Source: Squalus acanthias
Lineage: Eukaryota
Reading direction: 5' to 3'
Length of the DNA: 64,000 bases
NCBI GenBank assembly: GCA_030390025.1
Contig: JASTWF010000034.1
Location: 2,294,001-2,358,000 of the forward strand
The notes beneath the pieces were generated by a model. That model worked only from the letters and a program-made list of their open reading frames with translations, made no database searches and was not told the origin of the DNA. Positions 48,265 to 61,815 of this stretch are shown in pieces. Position numbers and translations under genes: made by a program. Each line of letters starts with the position of its first letter. Within the stretch, counting starts at the first letter, position 1.

Positions 48265-51200
48265 AAAATAGGAACATATGAAATAGGAGCAGGAGTAGGC
48301 CATTTGGCCCATCGATCCTGCTCCGCCATTCAATAAGGTCATGGCTGATCTTCTACCTCAACTCCACTTTCCTGAACTATCCCCATATCCCTTGATTCCC
48401 TAAATATTCAAAAATCTTTCAATCTCTGTCTTGAATATACTCAACGACTGAGCATCCACCGCCCTCTGGGGGAGAGAATTGCAAAGATTCCCCACCCTCT
48501 GAGTGAAGGATTTTCTCCTCATCTCGGACCTAACTGGCCGACGTCTTTTGCTGAGACTGTGAGCCCTTGTTCTAGACTCCTGAGCCAGGGGAAACATCCT
48601 CACTGCATCTACCCTGTTAAGCCCTCTAAGAATTTTATATATTTCCATGAGATTACCTCTCATTCTTCTAAATTCTAGAGAACATAGGCCTAGTCTACTC
48701 AATCTGTCCTCATAGGACAATCCCCCCATCCCAGGAACCAGTCTGGTGAACCTTCGTTGCACTCCCTATTTGGCAATTATATCCTTCCTTAGGTAAGGAG
48801 ACCAACACTGTACACAGTACTGCTGGTGTGGTCTCACCAGGGCCTTATATAATTGCAGTAAGACGTCTTTACTCTTATATTCAAATCCTCTTGTAATAAA
48901 GGCCAACATACCATTTGCTTTCCTAATTATTTGCTGTACCTGCATGTTACCTTTCAGTGATTCATGTACAAGGACACCCAGGTCCCTCTGAACACCAACA
49001 TTTCCCAATCTCTCAACATTTAAAACATACTTTGCTTTACTATTTTTCATAACTGCACATTTCTCCACATTATATTCCATTTGCCATGTTCTTGCCCATT
49101 CACAAAGCCTTTCTATATCCCCTTGAAGCCTCCTTGCATCCTCCTCACAACTTACATTCCCACCCAGCTTTTTATCATCAGCAAACATGGATATATTGCA
49201 TTTGGTCCCCTCATCCAAAGTATTGATATATATCGTAAATAACTGTGGCCCAAACACTGATTCTTGCGGTACCCCACTAGTTACAGCCTGCCAAACCGAA
49301 AGTGACTCGTTTATTGCTATTCTCTGTTTTCTGTCCGTTAACCAATCCTGAACCCATGCTAGAATATTACCCCCAATCCCATTTTAGCATAGCATAGCAC
49401 AGCATAGCAAATAGGTACAGGAGTAGACCATTCGGTCCTTCGAGCCTGCACCGCCATTCAATGCGTTCTTGGCTGAACATGCTACCTCAGTACCCCATTC
49501 CTGCTTTCTCGCCATACCCCTTGATCCCCCTAGTTGTGAGTGTTATATCTAACTCCCTTTTGAATATATTTAGCGAACTGGCCTCAACAACCTTCTGTGG
49601 AAGAGAATTCCATAGATTCACCACTCTCTGGGTGAAGAAGTTCCTCCTCAGCTCAGTCTTAAATGGCTTCCCCTTAATCCTTAGACTGTAACCCCTGGTT
49701 CTAGTTTTCCCTAACATTGGGAACATTCTGCCCGCATCTAATTTGCCTAAACCAGTCAGGATTTTAAATGTCTCTATAAGATCCCCCCTCATTCTTCTGA
49801 ACTCCAGAGGATACAAGTTCAGTTGACCCAATCTTTCTTGATATGTCAGTCCGGCCATCCCAGGAATCAATCCAGTGAACCTTCGCTGCACTCCCTCAAT
49901 AGCAAGAATGTCCTTCCTTAATTTAGAAGACCAAAACTGCGCACAATACTCCAGGTGTGGCCTCACCAAGGCCCTGTACAACTGCAGCATCACCTCCCTA
50001 CTCCTGTACTCAAATCCCCTTGCTATGAAGGCCATCATTCCGTTTGCTTTCTTGACTGCCTGCTGCACTTGCATTCCCAACTTCATTGACTGATGTACCA
50101 TGACGCCCAGGTCTCGTTGCACCTCCCCTTTCCCTAATTTGCCACCATTCAGGTAATAGTTCGCCTCTCTATGTTTACCACCAAAGTGGATAACCTCACA
50201 TTTATCCACATTGTACTTCATCTGCCATACATTTGCCCATTCACCCAACCTGTCCAAGTCACTCTGTAGCCTCCTACCATCCTCCTCATTGTTCACACTG
50301 CCTCCCAATTTACTGTCATCCGCAAATTTGGAGATATTACATTTAATCCCTTCGTCCAAATCATTAATATATAATGTAAACAGCTGGGGTCCCAGCACCG
50401 AACCCTGCGGTACCCCGCTGGTCACTGCCTGCCATTCTGAAAAGTACCCATTTACTCCTACTCTTTGTTTCCTGTCTGCCAACCAGTTCTCAATCCACGT
50501 CAACACATTACCCCCAATCCCATGTGCTTTAACTTTGCTCACCAATCTCTTGTGTGGGACCTTGTCGAAGGCCTTCTGAAAGTCCAAATACACCACATCT
50601 ACTGATTCCCCCCTGTCCACCCTATTGGAAACATCCTCAAAAAATTACAGAAGATTTGTCAAGCATGATTTCCCTTTCACAAATCCGTGCTGACTTGAAC
50701 CTATCATGTCGCCACTTTCCAAATGGTCTGTTATGACATCTTTAATAATTGCTTCCATCATTTTACCCACGACCGATGTCAGGCTGACCGGTCTATAATT
50801 CCCTGCTTTCTCCCTCCCTCCTTTTTTAAAAAGAGGGGTTACATTGGCCACCCTCCACTCCATCGGAACTGATCCAGAGTCTAAGGAATGTTGGAAAATG
50901 ATCGTCAATGCATCCACTATTTCCAAGGCCACCTCCTTAAGTACTCTTGGATGCAGACCATCAGGCCCCGGGAATTTTTCAGCCTTCAGTCCCATCAATT
51001 TCCCCAATACCTTTTCCCGACTAATAAGGATTTCCCTCAGCTCCTCCCTCTTACCAGATCCTCTGACCCCTTTTATTTCCGGCAGGTTGTGTGTGTCCTC
51101 CACAGTAAACACCGAACCAAAGTACTTGTTCAATTGATTGCCATTTCCTTGTTCCCCATTACGACTTCCCCTGTTTCCGACTGCAGGGGACCTACGTTTG

Positions 51201-52010
51201 TTTTTACTAACCTCTTTCTTTTTACATATTTATAGAAGCTTTTGCAGTCCATTTTAATGTTCTCTGCAAGCTTCCTTTCATATTTTATTTTCCCTGCCCT
51301 AATCAAACCCTTCGTTCTCCTCTGCTGAGTTTTGAAGTTCTCCCAGTCCCCGGGTTTGCTGCTACTTCTGGCCAATTTGTATGCAACTTCCTTGGTTTTA
51401 ATACTATCCCTGATTTCCCTTGTTAGCCATGGTTGAGCCACCTTCCCTTTTTTATTTTTACGCCAGACCGGGATGTACAATTGTTGTAGTTCATCCATGC
51501 GATCTCTAAATGTCTGCCATTGCCCTTCCACTGATAGCCCCTTAAATATCGCTTCCCAATTTAACCTCGCCAATTCACGCCTCATACCTTCAAAGTTGCC
51601 CTTATTTAAGTTCTGGACCATGGTCTCTGACTTAACTGTTTCCTTCTCCATCCTGTTTAATAACCTCTTGTGTGGCCCCTTATCGAATGTCTTCTGAAAA
51701 TCCAAATCCACCACATCTACTGTCTCCCCCTTATCTGTTCTGCTAGTTACAACCTCAAAAAAATCTACCAAATTTGTCAAACACAATTTCCCTTTCATAA
51801 ATCCGTGTTGACTGTGCCCAATCCTAATATAATTTTCTAAGTGCCCTGTTACTACGTCCTTAATATATTTTAGCATTTTCCCTACTACTGATGTCAGGAA
51901 AACTGGTCTGTAGTTCCCCGTTTTCTCTCTCCCTCCTTTCTTAAATATTGGGGTTACATTTGCTACATTCCAATCCGCGGCAAACGTTCTAAAATCGATG
52001 CAATTTATGG
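48265..52010 (-). mobile_element. CR1 split by a nested younger CR1
   Basis: RT pieces at 48400-49385 and 51655-52010 are contiguous once 49386-51654 is removed. Confidence 0.85.
49386..51654 (-). mobile_element. Nested 5'-truncated CR1
   Basis: ORFs 49487-50620 (377 aa RT), 50645-51133; (AGCAT)n tail at 49386-49409. Confidence 0.9.
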
Positions 52011-52044
52011 AATTTCATCTGCCATCTATTTTGTTTTTCTTTTT

Positions 52045-53250
52045 TGTTCATTCATGGGCTGTGGTCATCGCTGGCACGCCTTGCATTTATTGCCCATCCC
52101 TAGTTGCCCTTGAGAAGGTGGTGGTGAACCGCTGCAGTCGGTGATGGAAAGGCGCTCCCACAGTGCTGTTATGGAGGGAGTTGCAGGATTTTGACCCAGC
52201 GACAATGAAGGAATGGTGATATACTTCCAAGTCAGGATGGTGTGTGACTTGGAGGGGAAGTTACAGGTGATGGTGCTCCCATGCTCCTGCTGCCCTTGTC
52301 CATCTAGGTGGTAGAGGCTGCATGTTTGGGAGGTACTGGCGAAGAAACCTTTGCAAGTTGCTGCAGTGCATCTTGTAGATGGTACAAACTGCAGCCACGG
52401 TGCGCCGGTGGTGGAGGGAGTGAATGTTTAAGAACATAACATAAGAAATAGGAGCAGGAGTAGGCCTCCTCTGTTCCAAGGAAAACAAACCGACCTATCC
52501 CAGTTAATATTGGGGTAGTTGAAATCCCCTACTATTACTACCCTATAGTTTTTGCACTTCTCAGAAATGTGTCGACTTATTTGCTCTTCTATCTCCCTCT
52601 CACTGTTTGGGGGTCTATAGTACATTCCCAGCAGTGTGGTCGCCCCTTTTTTGTTTTTCCATTCGACCCATATGGCCTCGTTTGATGATCCCTCCAACAT
52701 ATCATCTCTCCTCACAGCTATAATAGTTTCTTTAATCAATACCGCGACCCCCTCCCTTTTTACCACCCTCTCTACCCCTTTATGGTGATGGATGCGCTAC
52801 CAATCGAGTGGGCTGCTTTGTCCTGGATGATGTCGAGCTTCTTGAGTGTTGTTGGAGCTGCACTAATCCAGACAAGTGGAGAGTATTCCATCACACTGCT
52901 GCAGCGATGTCCTGGGGCTGCGATGATTGACCTCCAAAAACCACAACCATCTTCCGTTGTTCCGGGTATGACTTGAGCCAGTGGGGAGTTTTCCCCCTGC
53001 TTTCCATTGACTTCAATTTTACTGGGGCTCCTTGATGCCGCACTCAGTCCAATGCTGCCTTGATGTCAAGGGCAGTCACTCTCACCTCACCTCTGGAATT
53101 CAGCTCCTTTGTCCATGTTTGGACCAAGGCTGTAATGAGGTCTGGAGCCGAGTGGTCCTGGCGGAACTCAAACTGGGCATCGGTGAGAAGGTTATTAGTG
53201 AGTAAGTGCCACATAATAGCACTGTCGACGGCACCTTTCATCACTTTGCT
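52045..53250 (-). mobile_element. LINE fragments (same family as 10675-11207) with an intervening CR1 endonuclease piece at 52430-52780
   Basis: QFEFRQDHSAPDL..ALDIKAA; shared 3' end; YRPPN..GDFN in the insert. Confidence 0.75.
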
Positions 53251-53297
53251 CATTTCACCAGTCTGTCTATGTCCTCCTGAAGCCTACTACTATCCCG

Positions 53298-53300
<3 letters not shown>

Positions 53301-53343
<43 letters not shown>

Positions 53344-53400
53344 CTATGAATATATATATATATGTCTTTTTATATGTCTATATCATAAATATATATCAAA
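53301..53400. repeat. (TG)n then (TA)-rich microsatellite
   Basis: Direct. Confidence 0.9.
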
Positions 53401-53404
53401 AAGA

Positions 53405-53985
53405 GCAGTGGTCCGAATAGCGACCGCTGGGGGATACCACTGTGCACTTCCCTCCAGTCTGTACAACAACCGTTCACCACTACTCTCGGTTTTCTGTCCC
53501 TCAGCCAATGTCAGATCCCCACTGCCACTGTCCCTTTGGTCCTAACAAGTCTATTCAATTGTACTTCATCAAATGCATTTTGAATGTTCATATGCACAAC
53601 ATCAACCGCACTACCCTCATCAACCCTTTCCGTTACTTCATCAAAGAATTTAATCAAGTTTGTCAGACACACTTTGCCGTTAACATATCCGTGCTGGTTG
53701 TCATTTATCAATCCATGTTTTTTCCAAAGACAGATACTTTTCTCTGTGAATATGGGCTCTAGAAGTTTCCCCACCACTGACGTTAGGCTGACTGGCCTGC
53801 AGTTACAGGGTTTATCCCTCTCTCCTCTTTTAAACAGGGTGTAACATTTGCAACCCTCCTGTCCTATGGCTCCACTCCCATATCCGAGGAGATTGAAAAA
53901 TTCTGGCCAGAGCCTGCGCTATTTCCACCATTCCTTCCCTCAGCAATCCTCATACTTCACATCCGGAGCGGGTAAATGTTCTACT
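53405..53985 (-). mobile_element. Degenerate CR1 RT fragment
   Basis: QHGYVNGKVCLTNLIKFFDEVT. Confidence 0.8.
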
Positions 53986-54292
53986 TTACTGTGGTACAAA
54001 AAGTGTTGGATTGAAAGGGGTTAACTGAAGATGTTTGTTTAGTGACTGTAATTAATGTCAGTCTCCACGGGTTAACTGAAGTTGTTTGTTTAGTGACTGT
54101 AATTAATGTCAGTCTCCAGGGACTCTATTTGTATCAATGCAGGGTTTCCCTCTTCTATTAATAAGGGACTCCTTTCAATGTGTTATCCATAGTGTCAGTG
54201 AGAGCATCACCTCCGGCACTGACAGGGATCAGCGCGCTGCTCCACAGAGAGGGAGTCGGAATCTGAGAACAGTCGATTGGAATATTACAACA

Positions 54293-54473
54293 ATGGATCA
54301 GAATCTGAGAACAGTAGATTGGAATGTTACAACAATGGGCAGGAGTTTCAGCTGGGATATTAACTTTCTTTCAGAATATTATGATTATCTATCATTAACC
54401 TGGCGGATACAGTTGGTGATTGAGATTATTCAATACATTTACTATCCGCTCCTTGCTGCTGTTGGTGTGCCTG
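54293..54473 (+). CDS. First coding exon of a GPR139/GPR142-like class A GPCR (N-terminus and first part of TM1); remainder not in window
   Basis: MDQNLRTVDWNVTTMGRSF..IEIIQYIYYPLLAAVGVP then phase-1 donor CCTG|GTAGGT; YYP.LA.VGVP resembles TM1 of the GPR139-like family. Confidence 0.75.
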
Positions 54474-54721
54474 GTAGGTCTCCCTATCCAGCAATTCTGT
54501 TTACCATGTTTTACTGTATTACTGTTCGGGTCGTTTACTCTCCCCTCCTTGCTGCAGTTGTTGTTCCTGGTAAGTCTCTCTATCCAGCTATTAACCCTGC
54601 AAACCTTTGCTAACTGTATTACTATTCTTCATTCTTTGCTGCTGTTGGTGTCATTGGTAAGTCTCTATATCCAGAAATTGGGTCTGTAAACCACGTTTCA
54701 CTGTATTACTGTTTGGCATTT

Positions 54722-55210
54722 AAATCTTGGGAAGAGCGAAGCCATTGTCTTCGGTCCTCGTCACAAACTCCATTCTCTATCTACCGATTCAGGCCCCCTC
54801 CCTGGTCAATGTCTGAGGCTGAACCAGGCTGTTTGCAACCTCTGCGATCTCTTTGTCCCTGAGCTGAGTTCCGAACTCATATCTTCTGAATCATCAGTCC
54901 GTCCGACTACCACCCCCAAAATTTCACCCATCTCCGCTCCACCTCAGCCCTTCCACTGCATAAACCCTCATCCATGCCTTTGTTAAACCCAGACTCGACT
55001 ATTCCAATGCTCCTCTGGCCGGCCTCCCAGTAACAAGCCTCCATAAACTAGAGCTCATCCAATATTCTGCTGCCCATATCCTAACACACATCATGTCGCG
55101 TTCACCCATTATCCCTTGTGCTCACTGACCAACATTGGCTGCCGATCCGGCAACAACTCGATTTAAATATTCTCCTCCTCATATTCAAATCCCACCATGG
55201 CCTCACCCCT
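54722..55210 (+). mobile_element. Old L2 fragment
   Basis: CCCTCATCCATGCCTTTGTT..AGACTCGACTATTCCAATGC, homologous to the other L2 copies. Confidence 0.8.
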
Positions 55211-55419
55211 GCAATTAGTCCCATTCCCTTGCTCTTTTCCCATTGTCCTGCAAATTGTTCCCCTTCAGGTATTTATCCATTTCGCCATTTAAAGTAAATT
55301 ACCTTCCCTCTGTACCTCTCCCTGTCTTTCAGTCTCAATTTTTATTTCTCTCTTTCTCACTTTTTCTCTCTCCCCCTCTTCTCTCTCCCTCTGCTCTATC
55401 TCTCTGTCTCTTGCTCACA

Positions 55420-58135
55420 GAATCATAGAACGGTACATCACAGACGGAGGGCATTCGGCCCATCGTGTCCGTGCCGTCTCTTTGAAAGAGCTATCAATTC
55501 AGTCCTACTCTTTAATCAGAGCCCCATAAAAAATTCCCCTTCATCTAATTACCCCATCCCCTTTCGAAAGTTACTATTGAATCTGCTTCCACCACGTTCT
55601 CAGTCAGTGCATTCGAGATCAAAACTCACTGCGTAAAGAAAATGTACATTTCTCCTCTGGTTCTTTTGCCAATTACTTTACATGTGTTTCCACTGGTTAC
55701 CCACCATTCTGAATCTGGAAACCGACTTACTTGCTCTATCAAAACCCATTACAATCTTGAATATCTATATTAAATCTCCCCAATTGGAAAAGGACAATTT
55801 TACTTAGCTGAGATGTGATTTTGGAAAAGTGGACTGTAACAGCTTCTTAATTGGAAATCAGTGTCAGAGCCGTGGGAAGCATTCAACGAGGAGATAGTGA
55901 GGGCTGAGAGCAAATATATTCCCACAAAGATAAAGGATGAGACTTCCAAATCTAGAGCCCCCTGGATGTCAAGGGGAATACAGGGTAGGATAAGGGAACA
56001 AAAAGGGAAGCTTTTGTCAGATACCGAGAGCTCAATACTACAGAAAGCCTAGAGGGGTATAGAAAGTGCAGGGGTGAAATTAAAAAGGAAATTAGGAAAG
56101 CAAAGAGATGGCATGAAAAAATATTTGCAAGTAAAATCAAGGAAAACCCAAAGATATTTTACACATACATCAAGAGCAAGAGGATAACTAAGGAAAGAGT
56201 ATGGCCTATTACAGACCAAACAGTGAATCTGTGTGTGGAGGCGGAAGACGTGGATATGGTTCTTAATAAACACTTTGTGTCTGTCTTCACAGAAGAGTGA
56301 AACGATGCAGGCATTGTTTTTAAGGAGGAGGAGTGTGAAATATTATATGCGACAAACCTAGTGAGAGAGGAACCATTAAGATGTTTAGCATCTTTGAAAG
56401 TAGATAAATCACGAGGCTCGGATGAAATGTATCCCAGGCTGTTAAGGGAGGAAATAGCGGAGGCTCAGACCATCATTTTCCAATCCTCTCTGGCTACAGG
56501 CGTGATGACAGAGGACTGGAGGACTGCTAACGTTGTACCATTGTTTAAAAAGGGAGAAAGTGATAGACCGATTAATTACAGGGCAGTCAGTCTAACCTTG
56601 GTGGTGAAAAAAATATTGAAAAATTCTGAGGGGCAGTATAAATCGGCATTTATAAAGGCACAGATTAACCAAGGACAGTCAGCATGGTAATAGAAACATA
56701 GAAACATAGAAACTAGGAGCAGGAGTAGGCCATTCGGCCCGTCGAGCCTGCTCCACCATTCAATACGATCATGGCTGATCATCCAAATCCAGTACCCTGT
56801 CCCTGCTTTTCCCACATAGAATCCCCATCGAGCCTGCACCGACACGTATCCCACCCTATCCCCGTAACCCCACGTATTTAATTCCCCCTAACATATCCCA
56901 TCCTATCCCTGTAACCCCACATATTTAATCCCCCCCCTAACACTAAGGGTCAATTTATCATAGCCAAATCAACCTAACCTAACATTAATGTTAAGGTAAG
57001 GTCGTGTCTGACTAACTGGATTGAATTTTTTGTGGAGGTAATGAGGAGGGTCGATGAGGGGAGTGCATTTGGTGTAGTCCACGTAGATATTAGTAAGGCC
57101 TTTGACAAGGTCCCACATGACAGGTTGGTTATTGGATTCAAGGAAAAGTGGCAAGTTGGATCCAAAATTGGCTCAGTGGCAGGAAGCAAAGGTCGTAATG
57201 GTCAACGGTTGTTCTTTGTGACTGGAAGGTTGTTTCCAGTGGGGTTCCACAGGGCTCAGTACTAGGTCCCCTGCTATTTGTGGTATATATCAATGATTTA
57301 GACTTCACTGTTGGGGCCATGATGAAGAAGTTTGCACATGATACAAAAATTGGCCGTGTCGTTGATAGTGAGGAAGAAAGCTGTAGACTGCAAGAAGATA
57401 TCAATGGACTGGTCCGGTGGGAAGAGCAGTGGAAAATGGACTTCATTTCGGAGAAGTGTGAGGTAATGCATTTGTGGCGGGTTACAAAAAATGGAATACA
57501 CAATAAATGGTAGGATACTGAGAGGTGCAGTGGAACAGAGGGACCTTGGAGTACATTTCCACATATCTCTAAAACTATCAGGACATGTAGATAGTGTGGT
57601 TAAAAATGCACGTGGGATACATTGTTTTATTAGCCGAAGCATAGAATATAAAAGCAGGGAGTTTATGCTAGAACTGTATAAAACACCAATTAGACCACAG
57701 CTAGAATACTGCGTACAATTTTGGTCAAAACATTACAGGAAAGATGTGATTGCATTTGAGACATTATAGAGGAGATTTACGTGGATGTTGCCAAGACTGG
57801 AGAATAGTCTGGGGTTCTTTACTTTGGAACAGAGGAGAGATTTAATTCAGATGTATACAATTATGAGGGGCCTAGATAGAGTGGATACCAAGCACCTATT
57901 TCCCCTGGCATGAGTTCAATAACCAAGGAGCATAAATTTAAAGTAATTGGTAGAAGGATTAGACGGGAGATGACAATTTGTTTCACCCAGAGGGCGGTGC
58001 GGGTCTGAAACTCAAGGCCTGAAAGGGTGGCAGAGGCAGAAACCCTCATCACGTTTAAAACGTGCTTGGATATGCACTTGAAGTGCCATCACCTACAGGG
58101 CTACGGACCAAGAGCTGGAAAGTGGGATTAAGCTG
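55420..58135 (+). mobile_element. Degenerate CR1 (about 55790-58135, plus strand) with short antisense CR1/SINE pieces at 55420-55780 and 56690-56990
   Basis: EDWRTANVVPLFKKG, KFAHDTK, RPQLEYCVQFW. Confidence 0.8.
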
Positions 58136-58165
58136 GAAAGCTCTATTTCCACTGTTTTTACTCCT

Positions 58166-60420
58166 TTGTATCTGCCAAAAACCTCTCTTTTTTTCCTAAT
58201 CCATTCTTGTATATCACTTGACATCCAGGGTTCCCTGGGCTTGATGGTCCCACCCTTGAACCTTACGGGAACATGTTGGCGTTATACTCTCTCTATTTAC
58301 TTTCTGAAAGACTCCCACTGCTCTGATGTGGATTTTCCTACAAGTAGCTGATACAATCCAATTTGGCCGGTTCCTGCCTTATCATATTAAAATCGACCTT
58401 CCCCCAATTTAGAAATTTTATTTCCCGTCCATCTTTGTCCTTTTCCATGACTACCTTAAATCTCAACGAATTATGGTCACTGTCACCAAAATGCCCTCCT
58501 TATGACACTTCCACCAGTTGCCCAGCTACATTCCCTAGAATTAGGTCCAGTACCGCCCCCTCTCTTGTAGAACATTCTACATGGTGGCTCAAAACGCTCT
58601 CCTGGATCAACTTTAAGAATTCCGCATCCTCTAAGCCTTTCACACACTGACTATCTCACTTAATATTGGGGAAGTTGAAATCCCCTACTATTATTACCCT
58701 ATTATTTCGACACTTCGCTGAGATTTGCCTACATATCTGTTCCTCTATCTCCCACTGACTGTTTGCGGCCCTATAGTACACTCCCAGAAAATTATTGCTC
58801 ATTTTTTGTTTTTAAGTTCTACCCATATGGCCTCCTTAGAGAAACCTGCTAAGATATCATCGCTCCTTACAGCAGTACTGTAATTGACTCCTTGATTAAT
58901 ATTGCGACACCCCCTCCGCTTTCACACCCCACTCTGTCTCGCCTGAAGATTCTATACCCAGGAATATTGAGCTGCCAGTCCTGCCCCTCCCTCAACCATG
59001 TCTCTCTGATTGCAACAATATCATACTCCCATGTGTTCATCAACACCTTCAATTCATCTGCCTTACTCGCAAGACTCCTTGAATTAAAATAAATGTCATC
59101 CAGCCTTGCCATATACCCTTGTGCCGTTACATATTTGCTCTGACGTCCAGGCTGACTTGTTTTTTCCTCTATATTTGCCTGTGCATCACCCCTACTATAG
59201 CTCCACTCCGTATCCCATTCCCCTGCCAAGTTAGTTTAAACCCCCCTCCCAACAGTACTAGCAAACCTCCCCGCAAGGATGTTGGTCCCGTTCCGGTTCA
59301 GGTGCCACCCGTCCGACTTGTACAGGTCCCACCTTCCCCAGAAGCAGACCCAGTGATCCAGGAAACTAAAGCCCTCCCTCCTGCACTAACTCTTTAGCCA
59401 CGCATTCATCTGCTCTATCCTTCTATTCCTGTACTTACTAGCACGTGGCACCGAGAGTAATCCAGAGATTATAATCTTTGAGTCCTGCTTTTTAATCTGC
59501 AACCTAGCTCCCTAAATTCTTGTTGCAGGACCTCATCCCTCTTTCTACCCATGTCGTTAGTACCAATGTGAACCACGACCTCTGACAGTTCGCCCTCCCC
59601 CTTCAGAATGCCCTGCAGCCGTTCAGTGACCTCCTAGACCCTGGTACCACGGAGGCAACATACCATCCTGGAGTCACGTCTGCGTCCACAGAAACATCTA
59701 TCTGTCCCCCTTACGATAGAATCCCCTCTCACTATTGCTCTCCCGCTCTTACTCCCCTCCTGTGCAGTTGAGCCAGTCGTAGTGCCACGGACTTGGCTCT
59801 TGCTGCATTCCCCTGAGAAACCTTCTCCCCCATCAGTATCCAAAACGGAAAATCTGTTGGAGAGGAATATGGACCAAGGGGACTCCTGCACTGCCTTCCT
59901 AGTTCTTTTACACTGTCTGGCGGTCACCCATTTCCTGTCTGCCTGTGCACTCTTTACCTGCTGTGTGACCACCTCGTTAAGCGTGCTATCCACGAAGATT
60001 TCAGCTTCGCGGCTGCTCCACAGTGACTCCTGTCGCAGCTCCAGCTCCGAATCGCGGATTTCGATTAGCTGCAGCTGGAGACACCTCCTGCACATGTGTT
60101 CTTCCTGGACACCGAAAGTTTCCCAGAATTCCCAAAAAGCACAGGAGGAGCACTCCACGCTGCCGAGCTGCCCAGCCATGTCTTTAATTTACTCCCTTTA
60201 CTTCCTTTAAATTAAAGAATATTAAATATACTAGGGACCTTACTTCCCTTTAAACACTACTTACTCTAAACTAGAGACCTTACTTTTACTTTAACGATGG
60301 ACTGTAGAAATACTCACCAGGTCCTAGAAGCTGACAAAGATAGAAAAAGGAAGGAACACCTCCCTCCCCGAACTCCCTCACTCACAAAACTCGCAGCTTA
60401 ACACTCTGTTCCAAGCTGCA
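58166..60420 (-). mobile_element. CR1 5' portion: ORF1 (zinc finger, SGNH esterase-like) and APE endonuclease
   Basis: ORF 59634-60179 VECSSC..CRRC..AIVRGDSIVRGTDR; ORF 58867-59229 YDIVAIRETWL. Confidence 0.88.
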
Positions 60421-60444
60421 CTACGTGACAAACTGCACACTAGC

Positions 60445-60865
60445 CAGTACTGAGTGAGTGCTGCATTGTTGGGGGGGGGGCAGTACTGAGGGAGTGCATC
60501 ACTGTAAGAGGGGAAGTACTGAGGGAGCACTACACTGTCAGAGGTGCCGTCTCTCAGATGAGACTTTAAACCTAGTCTGTTCTCTAAGGTGGACGTAGAA
60601 GATCCCATGAAATTATATCGAAGAAGAGCAGCAGAGTTAACCCCGATGATCTGGCCAATATTTATCTCAATCAACATCACTAAAGCAGATTATCTGGTCA
60701 TTATCACATTGCTGTTTGTGGGAGCTTGCAGTGCTCAAATTGGCTGGCACGTTTCCTACGGTACAACTGTGACTTCACTTCAAAAGTACTTAATTGGCTT
60801 GAAAGCGCTTTGGGACATCCCAAGAACGTGAAAAGCGATATATCAATTCAATTCTTTCTTTCTTT
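60445..60865 (+). mobile_element. DeuSINE-superfamily SINE (SacSINE1/AmnSINE-like)
   Basis: GTCAGAGGTGCCGTC..AGATGAGAC..GATCCCATG..GAAGAAGAGCAG..CTGGCCAATATTTATC core and L2-like tail AAAGCGCTTTGGGACATCC. Confidence 0.7.
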
Positions 60866-61064
60866 CTTAACTATAACTTCCAAAAGGTAATTGGATGCAA
60901 ACTTGAAAAGGAGAAATTTTCAGGGCTCTGGGGAAACGGCTCAATTGTTCATTACCATTCACAACAGGATATGAAAGCTTTGAAATAATTGGATGTGTTG
61001 GGATCGCTTGGCTCTGTCTACCATTGATCACCATGGTAGATGCACATGATATGATGGAGGGCGG

Positions 61065-61620
61065 CCTCAGGGTGAAGGCGAGACTTATTCTCCACACACA
61101 TTGAGCGGTGGTCACTCCTACCAATATCGTCATGGACAGATGCATATGCGATAGGTAGGTTGGTGAGGACGTGGTCAAGCAGGCTATTCTCTCATCTTGG
61201 GTCTCCCACCACCTGCTGCAATCCCAGTCTGGCAGCTGTGTTCTTCAGGGCTCGGTTAATGATGGTACTTCCGAACCACACTTGGTGATGGGCATTGAAG
61301 TTTCCCCCTCCCGACCCAGAGTATAATTTGCGCCCTTTCTGCTCTCGGTGCTCCCATCAACTGGTGTTCAGCATGAAGATGTGCCGATTCAACAGCTGAA
61401 GGAGGGCGGTAGGTGGTAATCAGCAGGAAGTTACCTTGCCCATGTCTGACTGGAAGCCGTGAGGCTTCATTATATCCTTAGGCAATGTTGAGGACTCACA
61501 GGGTTTCTCCCTCCCGATTGTATACCCCTGTGTCCCCACCTCTGGTGGGTCTGTGCAGACCCTGGAATGGTGATGGAGGGTTTGAGAATGTTGACTGACA
61601 GGTGTGGTTCTGTGAGTATT
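61065..61620 (-). mobile_element. Old LINE endonuclease fragment
   Basis: Minus strand degenerate LLITTYRPPSA, G.FN, SDH-like motifs. Confidence 0.55.
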
Positions 61621-61815
61621 GAGGTGCTTACAGCATATTTATCTCATTGGTTAATATGTTAAGTGTTTTCCTTTGATCCCTTCGTATTAATCCTTTGCTC
61701 CTTTTAATTATTCTTCCCCTCGGTCAAACACGATGATATGTTTGTCTGGGTGAGGTCATTCTTCTTCTTCTTCTTGTTCTTGTTATATTTTCAGGCAATA
61801 GAGAAATTAACTGAC

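Noticed and set aside
24585..51876. Long RT and endonuclease ORFs as host genes or an autonomous LINE
   Set aside because: All are CR1 ORF2 pieces that are truncated, frameshifted or interrupted; none has intact ORF1 plus ORF2
54137..54292. Upstream ATG extension of the GPCR ORF
   Set aside because: It spans the TATA-like element and probable 5' UTR; ATG 54293 has the better context
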